Source: Oikopleura dioica (Eukaryota > Animalia > Chordata). From it: a stretch of DNA of 64,000 nt. This document shows, one piece after another, positions 37,601-50,815 of the stretch (position 1 is its first letter; the number at the start of each line of letters is the position of its first letter). A model generated the notes under the pieces. That model saw only the letters and a list, made by a program, of their open reading frames with translations. It was not told the origin of the DNA and did not search any database. The DNA lies in contig OU015568.1 in assembly GCA_907165135.1 (NCBI GenBank), positions 16,813,208 through 16,877,207 of the forward strand, given 5' to 3'. The position numbers and the translations under genes were made by a program.

Positions 37601-40600
37601 AATTGTCAGATTAGCGCAGATAATACCGAGGCTATTTGTCAAACGCCAACGATTCCCGACTGGAAGTGGGAAAACACCACGGTCTGCGTTTTCGATTTCT
37701 ACCACTACGATCCACCGCAGCGAAACGATTGGGTTTACACTTACGAAAACTCCACTACTGCGTACATCAACAGCATTCAGCCGAATAAGGGAGGAACTCT
37801 TGGTGGCACGAAGATCACTATTGTTGGCAATAAGTTCATTCCAGGAGAAACGACTGTAACTATCGATGATGTCCCTTGCGACATCGACTTCATCAGTGTG
37901 GCGGTTATTGTCTGCGAGACAAATGCGCATGAATACTCAACTGCTCATCTTGTCAAGGTCACTGTTCCAGATGGAAACGCAGTTTTCAATCATCCCGACG
38001 CAGCCAAGTTTTGGTATGTTGATCGATGGAGCTCCATCTTCACCTGGGGTTGTACTGAGCTTACCAACTGCACGGGCAAGCCTGTTGACGGCGATATCGC
38101 GGTGATTCCCTGGAACCAGACCGTTCTTCTCGACGAATCGACTCCGCTTTTGAAGGTTCTGCTGATTCAAGGAGGAACGCTTGTTTGGGATCGAACAGAC
38201 GGAATCAAACTCAGAGCAGAATATGTTCTCATCACTGATGGTGGTCATTTTGAAATCGGAAACGAGCACGATCCATTCTGTGGAACACCTGAGGAACCTA
38301 TAAGCGCGGAAATCGAAATGTATGGCCATCATCGCAGCATCCGTCTGCCTATCTATGGTGCAAAATGCTTTATCACGCGAGAAGGTACAATCAACATGCA
38401 CGGCTGCCCCATCGACACCACGTGGACACAGCTAAACATGACCGCAGAAGCTGGTGATAGCTCGATTTACGTTCGAAACCCGGTAACGAACCCTGATTCT
38501 CCAATGAAATCATGGAAAGCCGGAGATAAGATTGTTATCGCGACAACTGGTGGTCGATTGAGTCTTGCTCAAAGCGAAGAAAGATACATTGACTCTATTT
38601 CTGAAGACGGTAGAACTATCTTCTTGACTGAGCCACTCACTTATCGTCATATTTACCACTACTCCGAATGGGACGGAGAAATACTCGAAGTTGCTGCAGA
38701 AGTCGCCCTTTTAACAAGAAACATTAAATTCTATGGAAACGTCAACGACGAGTGGACAAAAGAACTTCCCCCTTGCGACGAAGAATATGAACCACAAGAA
38801 GGAGCTATCCAGAGCTGTTATCAGAACAAGTGGGGCGATGAAGTCGGTTCAGACGAGTTTGGCGCTCACTTCTTGATGCACAACATCGAGTTTGGCAAGA
38901 TTGCTCACATTGAAGCGTTCCATGTCGGGCAAGCGTTCCAGTTCGCCCGCTACTCTTTCCATTTCCATCGATCGGGTATCCAGCCGAACTCCTACTTCCG
39001 CGGAAACGCAGTCTACAACACTTTTAACCGAGTTCTGACCACTCATGGCATCCACCAGGCTCTTGTCGAATGGAATGTCGGCTACAACGCTATGGGACAC
39101 AATTTCTTCATCGAAGATGGCTGCGAAGAAGACAATATTATCCAGTACAACTTGGCCATCAAAACGAAGCCATCAAACTCTCTTTTGAATTCCGATCAAA
39201 AAGCAACTGCTTTCTGGATTACAAACACATTCAATACAATTCAGCACAACCGAGCTGCCGGAGGTGTCCAAATGGGATACTGGGTCAATCCCTTCGAGAG
39301 AGCATTCCCACACCGAGGACATCAGCCTCATTATCAGACAACCAAGTGCCCTGTTTACCGATCTGTTAAGAAATGGTACAATAACACTGCTCACGACATG
39401 GGTCTCTACGGATTCTGGGTGATGACTCTCCAGGAAGGCTCTTCTTACAGACCAAGTACAGTCGATTGTCAGTCCACCTGGCCACCAGGAGAGGCTATCT
39501 TCGAACGAGGAATCTTCTGGAATTGCCTTCGAGGAGCTGAGTTTGCCCTGGTTGGCGATAATATCTGGATGAAGGGATTCATTGCTGCGAATAACATTTT
39601 GGGTGGTCTTTCCGTTAAAGAAAGTTCTTCTGGCAGATACGAGGGTGAATACAATCAGTATGGAATGGGAATCAGGGACTCCACTGTCATTGGATACATT
39701 GACAAAAATGTGCCTGAGCTTTCACTTTGCACTCGATTTGGTATTGAGACTCCGTGGAAACCAGCGGGACATATGTCTATTGAAGGAATCAAGTTCCACA
39801 ATTTCGACGAAGGCGAAGGTCACAACTGCGTCGCAATCGATGCTTGTTACTCCTCCTATCCATTCGATTGCGGCCGAACAAGTCATTTCGAGCGAGTTGA
39901 ATACTTTAATTCGCCGAGAAAATTCGCCGCTGATTGGGAGCACGAAACTGTTTTGGTCGATCGCGACGGAACTCTCACCGGTAAAGGAATGGCCGGCTGG
40001 TCGGTTGTCCCGACATCTGGCCTCTACCCTGACTCAATGTGCGAGCCCGCTCCAGAGTTCTCTGTTGAGTTTCCTTGCTCGTTCTGCCAAGGTGTTGAAT
40101 TCATGAGATATGGAATGAATAATATTGCGCCTGATTCGATCATCGGATTCAACATGGACGTCGTCAACAGATATGGATCTAGTGTCGTCCCATTCAGAAA
40201 CAAGCGATCTACTCATGCTGTTGGATGGATGGGTCTTCTCCTTGCTGGCGAGACACATGATATGAGTTGGCAGAAGCATGAACACATCACGAATATCACC
40301 TACAGAGGAACAGTCTATGACATGGGACAGCACAAGCACACAACTATTCGACATCCATTCTATCAGGAGGTCGATGATGCCATCGTTGCAGGAAGCAAAA
40401 TTCGAGGATATGCTGATTCTCAAGGGCAAAGCTTCAATGGTCAAGAAGTTGGCGCTCTCGACACTTCGATGGACCCTCTCACTTATCACATTGATCCTCA
40501 GACATCTGACTTCTCCATCATGTTTGCGAAGTCTGATGCAATCAACAGCTACTACGATGTCAACTACAACTTCGAAGTGTTCAAGTGTTTCTGGCCAGAT

Positions 40601-43600
40601 TGCACTCCACCAACTACTCCACCACCAACAACGCCTCCAACTGACCTGATCGAATGTGATTGGGAAGATGTTGCTTGTTGGGAAGATGGAGTCGTCCCAA
40701 TCTCTGGCTCTAATGTCACAATTCCAGTTGACAAGCACGTTACGCTAAATACCAATCTCGACGTCGATATTCTCTTCCTGGAGGGAACGCTCACAATCTC
40801 TGACGCTCAAGATATAACCATCAACGTTCGCGATATTCTGATCAACACCGGCGCAGGCGGTCACGAACAGCTCTGGACTCGATCAGTTTATTTCCAAAAT
40901 GGAAATCTTTACGCTGGAACTCCCGACGCGCCTTTCAATTGCGACAGTACTCTTTCTATCAACTTCAAGGGCGACCGATTCCAAGAAGAGTTCGGTGCCC
41001 CGGCTGGAACCGTACCAATCGGCGCTAAAACGATTGGAGCTATGGGAGGATTGAGTTTGGTTGGCTGTCCACAGAACACGCCTTACTCGTTCTTGCAGAA
41101 CTCAGTTTCTGCTGGAGCCACCTCCATCACTTTGACCGACGATGTCAGCGCTGATTGGAAGGCTGGTGACAAGATCGTCATCGCCGCTTCATCTTACGAT
41201 GGACGACAATATGATGAGCTGGAAGTTGTTGCAGTTTCTGGAAATACCGTTGCTTTGAACAAAGCTCTCGCTTTCGATCATTCTGGCGCTGACGCCGGCG
41301 AGACTTTTAAAACCGAGGTCGTCCATCTTACCAGAAACATCAAGCTCGATGGAAAAACAGATTCTGAAGACATGTTCGGTGGCCGAATCGTTGTGCTTTC
41401 TTCGGACGATGGAAACTCGTTTAGAAAGGGATGGGCTCAACTCGAAAATATTGAAATGAGTCATATGGGCCAGTTCGGTCACACTCGACCGGATGATCTT
41501 CGCACTCCAGTTGCCTTCTACCATCTCGGCAGCCAGGCTTCTGCTGACAATCCTTCCTACATCAAGGGCTGTTCAATGTACAATAGTTATAATGGCGGCA
41601 TCGCCATCGGCCTTGGAGTGACAAATATGCAAGTAACGGACAATGTCATGTTCAACATCGTTTCCGATGTCATCAGAGTTGTCGGCGACTACTCGATCGT
41701 CACCGGAAATGTTATTGTGATGGTCGTCAACCGATTTTTGTACCAAAACTGGTGGCTCCAGCAGCAGCTTGGAAATGCTGAAGCTGAACAAATGAACCTC
41801 CCTGCTGGAATTAATACAATCGAAGTGATGACTGGCACTTTGATGAACAACCGTGTCGCTGGTGGAGACGGACCTGCATACAAGGGGCACGCTGAGGAGT
41901 GCAGTTTGGCTGATTTGTGCACATCAAACTCATGGCCAATGAATATCAAGAACTATGCTCACTCAACACTCAGAGGTTATTCCATCATCAAAAAACCATC
42001 TCGAGCTTGTCTTCGAGTCGAAGGCTTCGAGTTCTGGCGAATTCTGGATTACGGTGTCTACACACAAGCTGGTGGTTCTAGCGTCCACGTCGTTGGTAAT
42101 AAATTTATCGATACTATCATCGGTGTTGGTCATATTATGGTCGGCAATGGTGGCCCACAAGGCGCTCATGGAAACATGAAGTATTCTCTCGACAACAATC
42201 AATTCATTGGACGATCTCAGCATCATACATGCGCCGACTACAACATTCGACAGCAAGCTGCAATTGTTACTTCCGGGCTCACTGGCCAAAACAGAGCTCC
42301 GCTTTCTGAGTACAACGGACACACTGGTATCATGTGGCCGATTTTCACGGAAAAGTTTACCAAATTTCCGAAAAGCCGCTTCATGTTCCGAAAGAAGGAA
42401 CATATCCATCTCCAACTGGACACTCCTGCGCTGCAAATAACATGTCGTCATTGCCCCTAATCCTGGTGCTCTTGACATCACTCACTCTTTCGACTTCTCT
42501 GGTACAACGCTCGTTAACGTCGATAGCAATTACATCACAAGATTCAAACGGCCTTCTCTCAGCAACGTCAATCTTGCTGATTGCGTTGATATGACTTGCG
42601 ATGGAATGAGAAAACTACTTCTCAAGGATATGGACGGAACTCTCACAGGAACTGGCTCTGAGACATCGATTATTTCCCAGTCCGAGTATCAATGGCGCGG
42701 CGTCGACGGCTTCTTCTGGTCCGACAACGTTGATGACTCATACGGTCTCGGCGACTACCGTGTTCCAGAAAGTATGCTTACTAACACAGACGGAACCGTC
42801 ATCTCCATCGACGACTATGCTCCTCATAAAGGTCTTTCTCGAGGCGATAGCTGTACTTGGGACGCAAACTTTCTTGCCTACCAGTGCGTCGGAAGCTCTC
42901 GAGCTCATTTGATTTTCGAATCGCTTGACATGGATCAAGAAGAACGAAGAGTCGCTCCGATTGGTTTCCGATCATCTAAGGGTTACATCGATCTCAGCAA
43001 TGGCCCTCACGACAAGTCATGCTGCGCTGGTTATTCCTGTTCTCTTCGAGCAACACTCAACCACTTTGTTGCCGAGTGCGGCGAAACATACGACTTCCAT
43101 TGTACTGGAACGACCCCAACGGAAATTCAGTTTGCAATGTACAACGTGCCAAGTAGCTGCAAAATTCGAATCGCCATGTTTACCCATCGACAAAATCGAC
43201 AAGATGTCTTCTTGAATGGAAACAACATGATTTACTCGAATCAATACGATTTTGCGACGCATAATTGGAAGTTCCCGAGCCCGGCTTTCATTCCAGAAGT
43301 CTGGCACTCGTCAGGAAGCAACTACTTCGACAGAGCTGATCAGATTCTTTACTTTACTCTCGGCGGCGGAGATAGGCTCCGGGTTAAAATTGCAAACACC
43401 ATCATTCTCGAGCTCGATATGGTCACCGAACTTACAATCGAAGAGTTTTACTCGTCGCCCGATCTTCCTTACCTTCTTGCTGCTCTTCTTGGACTTGACC
43501 CAAGCCAGGTCAAGGTAGTCAATGTTCAGAGAGAAAACTGGGTGCGAGCACAAAGCACGTGGTCGTCGGATAAGACGACTGTCAACAAACCTCACTTGAA

Positions 43601-46055
43601 GAACGCGATTAATGTTCGTGTGTCTATTGAATTCGGCAAGCCTCTTGGAACCGTCTTTGGCCGAACCATTGGCACTCCTGACTTCTCAAAAATCGGAAGC
43701 AAGCTCGTGCAGAAGCAGATGGATGGTGATCTCGAAAACAGCATCAAATCAATTGCCACTTCTCAAGGAAATGACCTCGAAGTCGTCGCTACTACTTTGA
43801 CCAGCGAGCCCGTCCAGGGTAAATCAAGCGACTGGTATGAAGAGGGCACCCTTGGTGAAGAAATCACCATTCTCAATGATCTCGGAATCACAGAAGACGA
43901 AGCCCTCGCTGCGGATAATGTCCAGCAGATCGTCGAAAACAAGGCCACTGCAACAGGACAGCAAGACCTCATTGCAGAAACGACCATCGAAAAACAAGCT
44001 GCCAAAGAAAGCATCATCGCAAGTACTACCGAGGCAAAGGTTTATGACAAGATCCCAACCTCAATGATGATCAAGCAGCAGCCAGGAGAAGTTGTCGTTA
44101 ATCAAAGACCTAAAGAAGGATTCCAGGTACACTGTTCTCGGGGAATTCTAGCTCTTAGTTATTTTTCAGGTTGTTATGCTCGATGAAAATGGCGAAGAAA
44201 TGACAGATGTTGGATACACTGGTGATCCATTCCGAGTTTCTATTTATGAGACAAATGGAATGTTCATTGATGCGCCGGAGGTTACTTTTACCCCAGGTAA
44301 CTAAAACGGTCTATTCTGAGTATGCAATAAAAATTGACAAGGATCTGGTATCGCCGATTTCAGCGGACTGCGACTTCCAAACACTGGTTCATTCCAACTT
44401 ACTGCCTTTTTGACGTACTCTGGAACTGAGACTAATTTCACCATCCCAGAAGTTACTTCTCAACAATTCGAAGCAATCGAAGCTCCTCCAGGTATGCTTA
44501 AAAAGTTCATACGTTTTATCGAAAAATTAAGGATCCGTCCGAATCGAGTACATCAACAACGGAACTGTGTATGCTCAAGAGCCATTCCCAGAGATCTCTG
44601 TCCAGATTTATGATACCAACGCCGAGTACATGGCCTCATGCGGCCCAGAGGGAGACGAGTGCCGCGTTTGCGTGACAACTCCTACACTTGAAGCTGGACA
44701 GTTAACTGGCGGCCTAACTGCGCTTTATTTGAACGGACGTGCTGTATTTGACAATATCAAATCTACAGTCGACAATTCTGCCGTGATCCTCACTTTCAGT
44801 CTTTGCTACAATCAAGGCGAAGATACTGTACTCGTCGGCAAAGCCTCAACTGATCCGTTCGTTGTTCGGCCAAACGATGGTAATTTTTTTTGCCGAAATA
44901 CTGATATTGGCTTATCAGTAAAAAGAAAAAATATCAGAACAGAACAAAAGTTATATCTGGAACAGTTTCCAAAATATAGCTTAAATTTTTAAGACCCTCA
45001 GCCGCCTGTTCTTAACAGGTGTGTTGGAAACAACACTTACGATGAAGATTTGGTTTTCAACGGAAACCTTGGCAAGGGAATGGTTCTCTTCAAGGTCCTC
45101 CTTGGACGCGGATCCGACTCAGTTCCTTACTTTGATGCTTCATATGGATCGGTAAGAACTATTTATCCAATACTGGATTTATCGCTCTCTAGGAAATTTA
45201 TCACAAAGAGGGAGATAAAATCAGAGTCGCCTGTGACAGCAAAGGATACGTTACTGGCATCAAGAAATTGTATTCTGGATTTCAGTGCACTTGCGACGGA
45301 GTTAATCGTAATCGACCTTATTTTTCATAAATTAAGTGAATTCTAGCTTGCACTTTTGTTCAGCTAAATCCCGACTTCGTTTGCGTCTCTACGGAAGATG
45401 CGATGCTGCCTGTCTGGGCTGGTGGCGTCTTTAACTTTGTCAAGAAAGTTTATCCAAGTAAGTTCAATTATTTCGCGATTATCATTATCCGTATTTTAGG
45501 CTACGTTGTTTTGAAAGCGAGTGTTAAGAATTTGCTGAAAGTTGGCGAGTGGGAGTTTGACCACATCGACGAGTCTAAGCATCCTGAGTGGCTCGATCCC
45601 AATTTCTGGGCAACTGCGGACTTCACTCTTTTTGTGTGGTGCCCATGGAATGTGACTCTTGGCGGGCCAGACGGACAGTCGGGAGCTGTCACTTTCCCTG
45701 ATTTCTACGAAGGAGAGCATTCTCAAGACGGAACTTTTGGACTTTTTACAGTCGCGAAGGAACACGACTTTATAAATCCAAAGACCCAACCAAATCGTCG
45801 TATTTCAAAGGGTACGCAGACAGGTCCTCCGACGCCGCGCTGCAGGGACCGATCACTATCGACACAAGTTTCCAAACATCTGTCGATTTTACCTGCGAAA
45901 CTGGTGTTCTCCCAGGACACCAGAAAAACATCCTCGCCAAGTACGTCGAGCACTTCCCGATCTTTGAAGATGGAGACTTCCGAAGAATGGTCCACTACAT
46001 TAGATCCGCTCACAAAGATCTCGACAACTACGAAGGATACGACGTTCGAAAATAG
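31635..46055 (+). CDS. PKHD1L1: Fibrocystin-L / PKHD1L1-like giant extracellular protein (two frameshifts near 42370-42440)
   Basis: Signal peptide exon 31635-31786 and exon 2 at 31831-44126. Contains many IPT/TIG repeats (PRIDSITPAEGSRFGGTFITITG), a cupredoxin-like segment, two G8 domains (DRWSS..TWG; WEDGVVP), PbH1 repeats and DCVDMTCDG.RK. Several short 3' exons follow. Confidence 0.88.
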
Positions 46056-46094
46056 TTGTCTTAAAAATGGAATAAAAATTATTCAAGGAATTGT

Positions 46095-47551
46095 TTATTG
46101 CAGCATGTTTATGTTTTTGACGCTCGGTAGATGGAAGGTTATCAGCTCCAGCGTGGCATTGAGAACTGCGGCTGACGCGCGCTCGTTTTCTCGTATCGAT
46201 CCTTTCAGCTTTTTTCCGGAATTAATAATTCCGAATTATTACTTGTCGAAACTTTAATCACTCAGAATGAGAATCACACCGATTCCGGCTTAGTAATTCC
46301 GCTCCTTGACGCGGGCAATATTGTCGATTCTTCCTAAATATAGAATGGCTGAATTTTCGGCAGCTAAGGCAGGTTGGATTGAGCTTTCGATAAGTTCTTT
46401 TTCGGAATCCAGAAGAGTTCGATTTTGATTATTAATGTTCTTTACCGCTCTTCGGCAAACTGTCACTATTGACAGATTTGCGGAACGAGAAAAATTAAGG
46501 CTCGGCAACAAGTGTAGAAAACCTGAGTGACTCAGGCTGAGTCAGGGTCCTGAGAAAGCTCTACTAAATAGCCGCAAAGCGTAGCGTAGCGGGGTAATCA
46601 GCCGGGCGCCCTAAAATGACTGTCCTCTATCACTGATAGACTATCAGCCCTTATCTCAGTTAGGGTTAAGGGACTGGGGATACCTATTGGGGGGTCCTGG
46701 GGCCGAAGTCCCCTTGGTAAGGCCTTAGGGGGGGGTCCCGGGGAGTGTTGCCTCCTGGGTTAGGCTTAGGGTTAGGGCCTAACCGTTAGGCTGCCCGACT
46801 TTTGACCCCCTTCTGCCGCAAAAAGTCAACTTTGACTGAAGTCCTTTCTGCACCCTGACTCAGGTCTTCTGCACAGGTTGATGGGTCGAGGAAAAATATG
46901 AAAACAAATCAGAGTCAATAAAGAAATAAAGTTGTAGGGAAAATCTAGACGCCCGTCCTGAAATAATAAGGTCATCTTGTGTCCAATGCGTACACACTTC
47001 TAGTTCCTCTATGCTTCCAGGAGTTTCCCCTGAGGCATCTGCTGTGAGTAAAATCTGTAAAACTTCATCGTTGAAACTGTCCCACTCCGCGCCGGGGGAT
47101 TTCTGGAGAATAAAATCTTGCGTGATATCGTTAAATCGAACTTCTTGGACGTCACTGATTCTCAATAAAAGGCTGAAATTGGTTAAAATACACAGTAGAA
47201 TTGAACATGAAAATACCAAGCTATCTCTGTTCATGTTTGAAAAATATAGATTTCTATTCTGGTGCTCTCTATTTTTGTAAATTTTTCAAACATTTCCTGG
47301 CGACCATTTGGGCTTACAAAGAACAGGCGAGTAAACCCTTGCCAAACCACCATAAATATCGAATGTGTTGACAAGCCCCTGATTTCCTTCAAAAACATAT
47401 GTGGAGGCTATTAAAGACTAATGGGCTAACCTTGGCCGACGATGACCAGCCCGGGCTTGTTGAGAATAATCTTCGTTGATTGCATTTTTTCGTTTTCTTC
47501 AATGCGATTCCATTTCGACCCGTACTTCTTACAGCTGCATTGGAATAAAGC
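46095..47551 (-). CDS. Protein resembling the DSTYK N-terminal (dynamin-like) region, no kinase domain; 5' end unresolved
   Basis: Exons KIILNKPGLVIVGQ|GNQGLVNTF and AEWDSFNDEVLQI...IEELEVCTHW resemble DSTYK as recalled (LPCILILGQ; GNWETIPEEDL...LAELEVTMHH). The ORF ends at ...NINMLQ*. Confidence 0.45.
46575..46810. repeat. G-rich element with telomere-like TTAGGG motifs nested in a MITE
   Basis: GTTAGGGTTAAGGG, GGGTTAGGCTTAGGGTTAGGG and long G runs. Related text occurs at 21070-21110, 21510-21525 and 4910-4930. Confidence 0.55.
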
Positions 47552-47705
47552 CTAGGTACATTTCAGTAAAGAGATTATACTTATGGGAGGTTTATTTTCA
47601 ATGTCAAGTCTTAAAATCTTAGCCAATCAAACAGAAATTGCCATTTTCAGAAATCAGTATCAAAAGGAATGTGGGAAATTTTCTAAAAAATTAAGCTATA
47701 TTTAA

Positions 47706-48084
47706 GGGGAGGTCGACGATAATTTTTTCAAGGGTGGTTGTTATTTCGCTTATGCATGCAGGATGAATATGAATTATATATTTTTGGAATCTACAGATTC
47801 CGCCAAATCTATTGAGTCTAAAATCATAAGATGAAAATAAGTTTTAGTGGGTGAAATTAAGAAATTTTTTTAAAAAATGATCATTTTTGGTGTATTTTCG
47901 CGAAAATGGCCGTACTTTGAATGGATTTTTGACCAATTTTTTTAGCCAGATTTTTTTCAAATTTTTGCCGCCTGATTTTTTCAGCCCCTTTCTATCCATA
48001 AGTTTAATCAGATTTTGCCTATCTAATCAGGTTTTCCCGCATTTTGGCCACGGATATCCCGATTCTCGTCGACCCCCTCCCCCC
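47706..48084. mobile_element. Kolobok-like MITE
   Basis: TTAA|GGGGAGGTCGACGATAAT ... ATTCTCGTCGACCCCCTCCCCCC|TTAA. Confidence 0.8.
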
Positions 48085-49296
48085 TTAACTTCTTCAAAAA
48101 TAATGCTTTATATTCTTCGTTGTTATCAAATTGAAATTTTCATAAAATATTCTTTTATTGAAAAAATACTCGCTGAAAAGTCAGTTCTTACCTCACTCAA
48201 GCAGATCATTCATGCTCTCGATGCGGCTTTCTCTTGCTCAGTCGACTTGATTTTCTTTATTTTCTGGAGAAGTGGGCAGCCTCTCCTGGGCACAATTAAG
48301 AAGGCAGCTTTAAATTGGGCTTACTCGGACGGAGCCAAATTAAACTCGTCACCTGTCCGGGAACACACTATCCCGCGGACGAACAACTATTCTGGCGACG
48401 TCCTTTCAGCCTTCATTTTCTGCCTCTAGCGCCCGGGTTTGCGCTGCATTATAAATGAACTCTCATTTATGTAATCAAATAACCTGCTTTCAATGTTTAC
48501 TCAAGCTTTTGCTTTCCAAGCCACATCTTTCTTTTTGCAACGATCAAGTAATTGCACTTATTTACATAAATAACACTTTGCAATTCAAAATTTGAATCGA
48601 TATTCTAGCACTAGAATGGTAAAAACGACGATGAAAATCCCAAAAATTAGTTTCTTTGATAAAAAATTTCCAAAAAATCGCCAAAAATCAGCTCGAAAGT
48701 GAAAAATTGGTCCGAAAATTTTCACCAGAATTTTGGCCAATCAGATCTCCGCATTCGGTCGGCGGGCCAATCACAATTCACAAAAACATTAATCAAAAAT
48801 TCCGCTTATTTGTAGCGATTTTTTTGATTTTACCATTTTTTTGGCTAAGATTTGAGTTGAATGAGAAAAGTTGAATTTTAAAAACTGTAATAGAAGTAAA
48901 GCTCAATTGCTTTTTTAAAGCAATTTGTCTATTTTCCTTGTTTTCGCGCTGCAAAATTAATAATTCACGCGTCTTATTCATCTAATCACATAACTGGTTA
49001 TTTTGTCAATTTATTGACGGATTCTCGCGGCTGGGGCCAAGTAGACACAGAAGGGTAGTAAATTGAGTTACAGTCAGTTCGGCTTCGTCCCAGGGGCAAA
49101 GGCCACGTACTTCTTTTGCCTTCGATTCTGCGATTCAACACCCATCATTTCATCGCGAAGTCGGCGGAAAATTGAGCTTCCTAATGAAATTTGGTTAATC
49201 ACTTTTGAGTTGGGGCCCCGAGATCGGGGCTTTTTCGATGAATGAAAAATTCGAACAAAGGGCGAACTGGCTTAGTTACCTGGCGAAATAGTGGCT

Positions 49297-50815
49297 TTAG
49301 GGCTGTGGCACCTGTTCGTCGGCAAAAGTATTCCCTTGAACACCGTTTCGTTCATCTACTTCTTTACGTGTCTTTTTGAATCGAGGTGGCGGCCGCAGAA
49401 CACAAAAATATTTAATCAATTGGTGTCGAAGTAATTTACGAGCGATGTAAAATTCTGGACTGGAATGAGCCGACGCAGAGGGCCTTTTAACGTCTGCTTT
49501 TTTGCCAGCAGTGGTGCTCGCGGCCGTGTACATAAAAAATCCTTAAGCTATTCATTAACGCCCGATAACATTAATTAAGTAAGATGGATCGCCAAAGGCG
49601 CGTGATTTTGTCGAATTCAAAAGAACAGATCGTCTTTTCTAGAGCGCTTACATAAACTAGACGTGTCACTTGTTCGAAAACAACGGTCTGATTTTTCTTG
49701 AAAAGGGAGTTGTTGTTTTATTGCAGCTAGGTAGATGGGTAAGTCGCAAGTTCAAGATTTTAAATGCTACTCCGAGATTGGATCAGCTGGGACGAGACGA
49801 TAGGCGACTTCTTCGCGGAAGATTTTCTGGAGCATTCTGAAATCTTACGTCAGCCAAAAAGTTCCAAATCTTCGTTATGAACTTTCAGCGCTGTTGCTGG
49901 AAATTTCTAATTTGATTGGTAATTACCGTGGTAGTAGATGGCTGACATGCTTCTTTGTTGCAGCGGAAGTGAGCTGTAGCCGCAGAGAAATATTTGGACA
50001 GTTTCGTTCTATTGAAAGGGTCTTGACCTTTCTCCGCGCCAGATGCTTAATTCGGCGATTATTCCTGTATCAGAAGGTCTCGACGGCAAAGTAGACAATT
50101 TGTTTTAGTCAAATCTGATGGACCATCAGTGATGGTTAAATATTCATTCCCAATCAACGGGCCCTTCTTTCAGTTAGTTCAAGACAGTTTCATTCGAAAA
50201 ATGTATGTAAGCTTCTCCTTGAGAAATTCTATCTGATGATTAATAAGCAAAAAGGCTCACCTTGGAAAGTTGTCTGGCTTTTGCGTCAGAGCTAAAAGAA
50301 TTAATATGGATCTGTAACTTTCAATTGATCAAAATTTCTACGAAGAAAAATATTGAATTGGCGTTACCATTCAGGAAGTCCAGTCAATTCAAGAAGAAAA
50401 GCTTTTGGCGCATTTGGCGAACTTTCGGACGCAGATGGCGGCAAACTGAGTTGGTTCAAACGAAGAGAATTTCAATTTCAAATTGATTTTCCAACGAGAA
50501 ATGGACTTGTTTCCATTGTGGAAAAATGGGAAGTGAGAATCGAAAGATTAGTGTAATTAAAATTGAATTAAAAGAAGAATAAGAATCCCAGATGGTGAAT
50601 AATTCCCAATGTATGAACCTCATCCTCTCGAGAACTGCAACTGTTGAATGTTTCATATAAAGAGGAAGGAGATCTCTGGGGATCAGCGCCAGAATGCTCT
50701 CGCATTCTTCCAACGTGAGCTCGATTCCGTCGTAAGAAGTGTATTTTTTCGACGCGCTGAAAAAACCGAAATTGTTAAAATTTAGAAACAACCGAGCGGT
50801 CAGCTTCCGCGTCAA
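49297..50815 (-). CDS. Probable multi-exon hypothetical gene(s); structure unresolved
   Basis: Exon-like blocks flanked by AG/GT include ASKKYTSYDGIELTLEECESILALIPRDLLPLY, MLQKIFREEVAYRLVPADP and MYTAASTTAGKK. No family recognised. Confidence 0.3.

Noticed and set aside
31768-44067. Dozens of short ORFs overlapping the fibrocystin gene on both strands
   Set aside because: These are shadow frames of a long coding exon with biased codon usage and carry no independent motifs.
47887-48429. 180-aa plus-strand ORF
   Set aside because: It starts inside a Kolobok-like MITE, is low-complexity and F/K-rich, and has no recognisable domain.
49205-49235. Hairpin GCCCCGAGATCGGGGC followed by a T-run, as a rho-independent terminator
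   Set aside because: The context is eukaryotic, and an isolated hairpin gives no functional support.
50170-50440. RRM-like motifs (LELTGLP ... KGEAYIHF) on the minus strand
   Set aside because: The RNP2-RNP1 spacing is too short in my splice model and other frames are equally open, so it is unsupported without a profile search.
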